20,786 nt of DNA from Chthoniobacteraceae bacterium (lineage in GTDB: Bacteria > Verrucomicrobiota > Verrucomicrobiia > Chthoniobacterales > Chthoniobacteraceae). The notes below the pieces were generated by a model, which was given only the letters and a program-made list of their open reading frames with translations, ran no database searches and had not been told where the DNA came from. Location: the NCBI GenBank assembly GCA_040081625.1, contig JBEBGD010000096.1:1-20786 (forward strand), given 5' to 3'. The position numbers were made by a program, and so were the translations under genes. Position 1 is the stretch's first letter. Every line of letters starts with the position of its first letter. This document shows positions 16,969 to 20,786 of the stretch, piece by piece.

Positions 16969-17820
16969 TCACTTGGTCATCGCGGATCGGAAAGCCACGG
17001 TCGTCGTCAGGTTTTGGAAGGTGTAAAAATCATCGATCCGTCCTCCGTGTGCCGGCGAGCGCAGGCGCAGCCGAACGTCGATCAATCGCCTCCCCGCGTC
17101 GGGGTATTGGAACGGGAAGGCATTGGTCTGCGCGCCCACGGGGAGCAGCGCCGCGACGCGATTGAAGTTCGCCTGATTGTTGAACGCAGAAGCCCCATCC
17201 TGCACCACGCTCATCGCCCGCGGATAATGGCGAAACGCAGCATCGACCGAGATGAACGCCATCGGAGCGAGCAGGAAGCCTTTCGAGCCGGCTGGAATGA
17301 CCGTGCCCGACGCCGTGGGCGGCGTGAACCCGCTGCCGACCGACGACGCAAACCAGATCGTGTAGCTGCTGCCGGACGCCGAGACACTCGAGATCAGGCC
17401 CTTAAATCCCAAATCGGCCATCGTGATCTTGTCACCCGCCTGCGGAGCGGGCTGCGCAGCGGTCTTGGTGATCGTGAAGGACATCGCCGTGGCAGGGACG
17501 GCGACGGGCACCGCGTAAGCTCGCGAAGACTTCGGGGAGAAAAAGCGGATGCCCTCCGCAGGGCCGTTGCCGGAGACGGTCGCGCCCGCGGCATCGACGA
17601 GCACCGGGACCTCGGCCGCCGCAGTCACTTTGAAGAGAAGCTTCTCGGTCGAGCTGACGCTGTCCCAGAGCGTCCGGTTGGTCGAGACGTTCTGACCGTA
17701 GAGGATCATGCTCGCATTGATCAGCGCGACGATCACCCCACCGAGCACGGCTACGACACCGCTGGCGACCAGCAGTTCGACCAATGTAAATGCGCGATCC
17801 GCTCGCGTGACGCGTTTCAT
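16969..17820 (-). CDS. PilW/GspJ-like minor pilin
   Basis: MKRVTRADRA|FTLVELLVASGVVAVLGGVIVALI. ATG 17820 overlaps the upstream TGA (TGATG). Confidence 0.85.
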   Translation of the reverse strand: MKRVTRADRAFTLVELLVASGVVAVLGGVIVALINASMILYGQNVSTNRTLWDSVSSTEKLLFKVTAAAEVPVLVDAAGATVSGNGPAEGIRFFSPKSSRAYAVPVAVPATAMSFTITKTAAQPAPQAGDKITMADLGFKGLISSVSASGSSYTIWFASSVGSGFTPPTASGTVIPAGSKGFLLAPMAFISVDAAFRHYPRAMSVVQDGASAFNNQANFNRVAALLPVGAQTNAFPFQYPDAGRRLIDVRLRLRSPAHGGRIDDFYTFQNLTTTVAFRSAMTK

Positions 17821-18305
17821 CAATCCGGTGAGCGCAGCGAGTAGGACTCGCAGACGTGATTTGAACCGCGATACGTGTAACTCACCCGCGTGGTGACCCG
17901 GACCAGTTTGAGCGTGGCGTCTGCCATCGAAACCGAAGTGGTCCGCGTGCCTGAGACCGCGCCAGTGCCGGCCGGATCGGCGTAAACATTGATCGATTCC
18001 GTGGAGGTCACGGTGTCCACACTCGGGACCGGCCACGTCGTCCCGAAGCACGCCGGCATCACACTCGGAGGGCTGAACGGCGACGCCACCATCACGTCGA
18101 TCCGTTCCTGACAGAGTGCGAGACCGGCGGTCCTGCTGCGGTTGACCTCCGCCGCCTGATTCGCCGAAGTCAGGCCCGAAAGCGCCGCCCCCGCGCCGAT
18201 CGCGACAAGCAGAATTGCGATGACGGCCTCGATCAGCGCGATGCCGGATGTCCCTTTGTGCGCTTGCAGCCATCCAAGTGATGTAGATCCGGGAAGTAGG
18301 CGCAT
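17820..18305 (-). CDS. PilV/GspI-like minor pilin
   Basis: KGTSG|IALIEAVIAILLVAIGAGAALSGL, QERID and VRVTTRVSY. Start at ATG 18305 is tentative. Confidence 0.8.
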   Translation of the reverse strand: MRLLPGSTSLGWLQAHKGTSGIALIEAVIAILLVAIGAGAALSGLTSANQAAEVNRSRTAGLALCQERIDVMVASPFSPPSVMPACFGTTWPVPSVDTVTSTESINVYADPAGTGAVSGTRTTSVSMADATLKLVRVTTRVSYTYRGSNHVCESYSLRSPD

Positions 18306-18337
18306 TGGATTGATGCAGGTAATGTCTTCCTTATGAC

Positions 18338-18353
18338 AGCAGCCAGTGTGCCC
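18338..18353 (-). promoter_or_regulatory. Putative sigma54 promoter of the minor pilin operon
   Basis: GGGCACACTGGCTGCT, matching GGCAC-N6-TGCT, 32 nt upstream of ATG 18305. Confidence 0.6.
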
Positions 18354-18447
18354 CCAGTCGGCCGCACACGCTTCAGGCATCAATCCTCCACGTCGGCGCA
18401 TCGCCCGGAGTCGCCACCATCCGCCACGGATTTCCCCCTCCGGGAGC

Positions 18448-18463
18448 TGGCACGATTGCCGCT
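18448..18463 (+). promoter_or_regulatory. Putative sigma54 promoter of the candidate sRNA
   Basis: TGGCACGATTGCCGCT has a perfect -24 box TGGCACG and GC at the correct spacing. Predicted +1 is about A18474. Confidence 0.6.
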
Positions 18464-18473
18464 ATGTTCACCG

Positions 18474-18554
18474 ACAAGCGACGTTGAGTGACCGGAAGCT
18501 CCAAGCACAATAACCGCATTAATGCTTCCAGAGTCACTCGGCGTCGTTTTTTTT
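18474..18554 (+). ncRNA. Candidate ~80-nt hairpin small RNA ending in U8
   Basis: CGACGTTGAGTGAC (18479-18492) pairs with GTCACTCGGCGTCG (18533-18546, two U-G pairs). GGAAGC pairs with GCTTCC around a 24-nt loop. T8 at 18547-18554. Confidence 0.6.
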
Positions 18555-18626
18555 GTCCGGATGAATCGCGCCGGTGAACGACTCGTGGGCATTGCACGCG
18601 CATCCCGGATTATGCTTCGCTGAGTC

Positions 18627-19973
18627 ATGCCTTCCCCGACACCCGACGCACTCGAGAACCTCGACCGCCTGCACCACCTCCACCCCTTCACGACGCACGA
18701 GGAGCTGCACGCGCTGGGCACGCACATCATCACCCGCGGCGAAGGCTGCTGGCTGTGGGATGCGCGCGGGCGCAAGCTGCTCGACGGGCTCGCCGGCCTG
18801 TGGTGCGTGAATGTCGGCTATTCCTGCGCCGGGATCATCGACGCCGTCAGCGAGCAAATGCGGCGCGTCCCGTATTATTGCTCGTTCTTTAATACCACCA
18901 CCGAACCCGCGATCCGCCTCGCGGAAAAACTCGCGTCACTCGCGCCGCGCGGGCTCGGGCACGTGATGTTCAGCAACTCCGGCAGCGAGGCGAACGAGAC
19001 CGCGCTCAAGCTCATCCGCGCGTATCACAAACTGCGCGGCCAGCCGCAGCGCACGAAGATCCTCTCGCGTGAGTTCGCGTATCACGGCGTGACGCTCGCG
19101 ACGACGAGCATGACCGGGCTGCCCGGCTGCTATAAACCCTTCGACCTTCCCCTGCCCGGCTTCGTCCACGTGCCCGGCCCAAACGCCTACGCGGCCAATC
19201 GCGAGCACGAACCCGCGGCCTACGCGCGCTGGTGCATCGAGGAAACCGAGCGCATCATCCAGCGCGAAGGCCCGGAGACGATCGCCGCGCTTTTCGCCGA
19301 GCCGATCCAGGGCGCGGGCGGCGTGATCGTGCCGCCCGAGGGCCACCTGCGCGCGCTGCGCGAACTCGCCCGCAGCCACGGGATCCTCTTCGTCGCCGAC
19401 GAAGTCATCACCGCGTTCGGCCGCGTCGGCGATTGGTTCGCGAGCACGCTGTGGGAACTGGATCCCGACTTCATCGCCACCGCGAAGGGACTCACCAGCG
19501 GCTACCTCCCGCTCGGCGCGACGCTCGTGCGCGACGAGATCGCAGACGTGCTCATCCACGGCGGCTACCTCGCGCACGGCTTTACCTACAGCGGCCATCC
19601 GACCACGTGCGCCGCCGCGCTTGCGAACCTGCACGTCATCGAGCGCGACAAACTCGTCGAGCGCACCCGCGACGACAGCGGTCCGTATTTCCAGCAAAAG
19701 CTGCGCGCCTTCGCCGGCCACCCGGCCGTCGGCGAGGTCCGCGGCCACGGCCTCATCGGCGCGATCGAACTACTCCCGCGCGAAGGCAAAGCCGCGCTCA
19801 CTCCCACGACGATGCTCGGCGTAAAAGGCGCGAAGCTCGCACGTGAAGAAGGCGTGATCGTGCGCGGCATCCGCGACCTCATCGCCATGTCCCCGCCGCT
19901 CATCATCACGCACGAGGAGATCGACGTGATCTTCGCCGCCGTCGGGAAGACGCTCGATCGGCTCTGGGACTGA
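18627..19973 (+). CDS. Class III PLP-dependent aminotransferase (omega-transaminase / putrescine aminotransferase-like)
   Basis: HHLHPFT, DGLAGLWCVNVGY, SGSEANET, YHG, EPIQGAGG, DEVITAFGR, AKGLTSGY (PLP Lys) and GFTYSGHP. Confidence 0.93.
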   Translation: MPSPTPDALENLDRLHHLHPFTTHEELHALGTHIITRGEGCWLWDARGRKLLDGLAGLWCVNVGYSCAGIIDAVSEQMRRVPYYCSFFNTTTEPAIRLAEKLASLAPRGLGHVMFSNSGSEANETALKLIRAYHKLRGQPQRTKILSREFAYHGVTLATTSMTGLPGCYKPFDLPLPGFVHVPGPNAYAANREHEPAAYARWCIEETERIIQREGPETIAALFAEPIQGAGGVIVPPEGHLRALRELARSHGILFVADEVITAFGRVGDWFASTLWELDPDFIATAKGLTSGYLPLGATLVRDEIADVLIHGGYLAHGFTYSGHPTTCAAALANLHVIERDKLVERTRDDSGPYFQQKLRAFAGHPAVGEVRGHGLIGAIELLPREGKAALTPTTMLGVKGAKLAREEGVIVRGIRDLIAMSPPLIITHEEIDVIFAAVGKTLDRLWD

Positions 19974-20028
19974 TCGCCGGGCCGCGGGCGACGCCGGGAG
20001 AGCAGGCCGCCGAGAACCCATCCCCCAT

Positions 20029-20044
20029 TGGCCCGGAAACTGCG
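20029..20044 (+). promoter_or_regulatory. Putative sigma54 promoter of the pilin gene
   Basis: TGGCCCGGAAACTGCG (GG-N10-GC), 70 nt upstream of ATG 20115. Confidence 0.55.
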
Positions 20045-20114
20045 ACTCAACGCGGTATCGCTGCCACCACAGCACCCGAGCTACCCGGCTCGCACCCATC
20101 ATCATCTACCCGCC

Positions 20115-20528
20115 ATGCGCCGAAAACCAATCACCCGCCCCGGAGGCTTTACCCTCGTCGAGATCATGATCGTCGTCGGGCTCGTGGCCTTGCTCGCGGC
20201 GATCGCGCTCCCAAGCTTTCAGCGGGCGCGCAAGCGTTCCCAAGCCGTTCACATTCTCGAAGACCTACGGATCATCGACGCCGCCATCGACCAATATGCC
20301 ATCGAGACGAACAAGGCGGGCTCCTCGTCGGTGGGCTGGAATGACGTAAAGACATATGTGAAGACCGGCAGCCGGCTCTACAACTCCAACGCGACGGACC
20401 TCATCGGAAACTACTTTTTCGGAGGCGTTATCGAGCAAGGCGTCAGGATCTCGACCGCGTCCTACGATGCATTGTCCGACGTGGCGCCCCTGGAGTTCTG
20501 GTCGCCCTACGGCGTAGAAGGTCTCTAA
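20115..20528 (+). CDS. Type IV pilin / prepilin-type N-terminal methylation domain protein (major pilin-like)
   Basis: MRRKPITRPGG|FTLVEIMIVVGLVALLAAIALPSFQRAR...DLRIIDAAIDQYAIE, 137 aa. Confidence 0.9.
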   Translation: MRRKPITRPGGFTLVEIMIVVGLVALLAAIALPSFQRARKRSQAVHILEDLRIIDAAIDQYAIETNKAGSSSVGWNDVKTYVKTGSRLYNSNATDLIGNYFFGGVIEQGVRISTASYDALSDVAPLEFWSPYGVEGL

Positions 20529-20544
20529 GCCGCGCCGACGAGCA

Positions 20545-20784
20545 TCACCCGCCCGGCATCACCCGCGGCCACATCTCCCGCATCATCGCGTAGCCGAAGT
20601 GGCCCTGCGCGACGGTGAAGTATTCGCTGCCGGGCCAGGTCCGGTGCAGCGCCTCGATGTCTCGCGCCTCTGCCACGCGGTCATGATCGCCGGCGCAGAA
20701 AATCACGCGCGCGTTTTCATCCAGCGGCGGCGCGTGCATCGGCGAGACCAGTCGGAAGTGCGGCTCGACTTGCGCCTCGCCGAT
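20545..20784 (-). CDS. Partial CDS, C-terminus of a probable alpha/beta hydrolase
   Basis: The frame is open to the window edge. AGDHDRV and QGHFG resemble the catalytic Asp and His segments. Confidence 0.6.
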   Translation of the reverse strand: MGEAQVEPHFRLVSPMHAPPLDENARVIFCAGDHDRVAEARDIEALHRTWPGSEYFTVAQGHFGYAMMREMWPRVMPGG

Positions 20785-20786
20785 GC

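Noticed and set aside
17821..18273. N-terminal extension of the 434-aa ORF 16969-18273
   Set aside because: It overlaps the PilV-like gene in another frame. The prepilin motif places the real start at 17820.
18464..18487. Mini-ORF MFTDKRR as a leader peptide
   Set aside because: Its ATG lies upstream of the predicted sigma54 start site and has no ribosome-binding signal.
18474..18554. SRP (4.5S) or 6S RNA identity for the hairpin
   Set aside because: It lacks the SRP domain IV CAGG...GGAA...GCAG arrangement with GNRA tetraloop, and it is much shorter than 6S RNA.
14389..18626. Genomic island integrated at the tRNA-Lys 3' end
   Set aside because: No integrase and no direct repeat of the tRNA 3' end were seen in the window.
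1..20786. CRISPR array, transposase, prophage or rRNA
   Set aside because: No regularly spaced repeats or recognisable genes of these types were seen.

Overview
High-GC bacterial window, most likely Verrucomicrobiota (Chthoniobacterales/Spartobacteria-like). This assignment is inferred from the PEP-CTERM gene, a TDPVG-motif (TIGR02597-like) gene and the pilin types. The left part is housekeeping and catabolic: a GspG-like C-terminal fragment, a KdgK-like kinase, a secreted alpha/beta hydrolase, an FGGY gluconokinase, ybaB, dnaX and mgtE. The right part is a surface-structure neighbourhood: gspG, an unknown secreted protein, gspF/pilC, a PEP-CTERM protein, a TIGR02597-like protein, a REC-Hpt-REC regulator, tRNA-Lys(CTT), a PilV/PilW/PilX-like minor pilin operon with an extra secreted protein, a class III aminotransferase and a major pilin-like gene. 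The most notable unexplained signal is a candidate ~80-nt hairpin small RNA (about 18474-18554) with its own sigma54-type promoter and a U8 tail, back-to-back with the pilin operon. Other signals are four related -24/-12 sites suggesting a sigma54 pilus regulon, several apparently leaderless sigma70 promoters (one with its -35 inside a terminator stem), a REPIN-like GTAG doublet with compensatory changes, and a DnaX lacking two of four zinc-ligand cysteines. All calls are made by eye; no searches were run.
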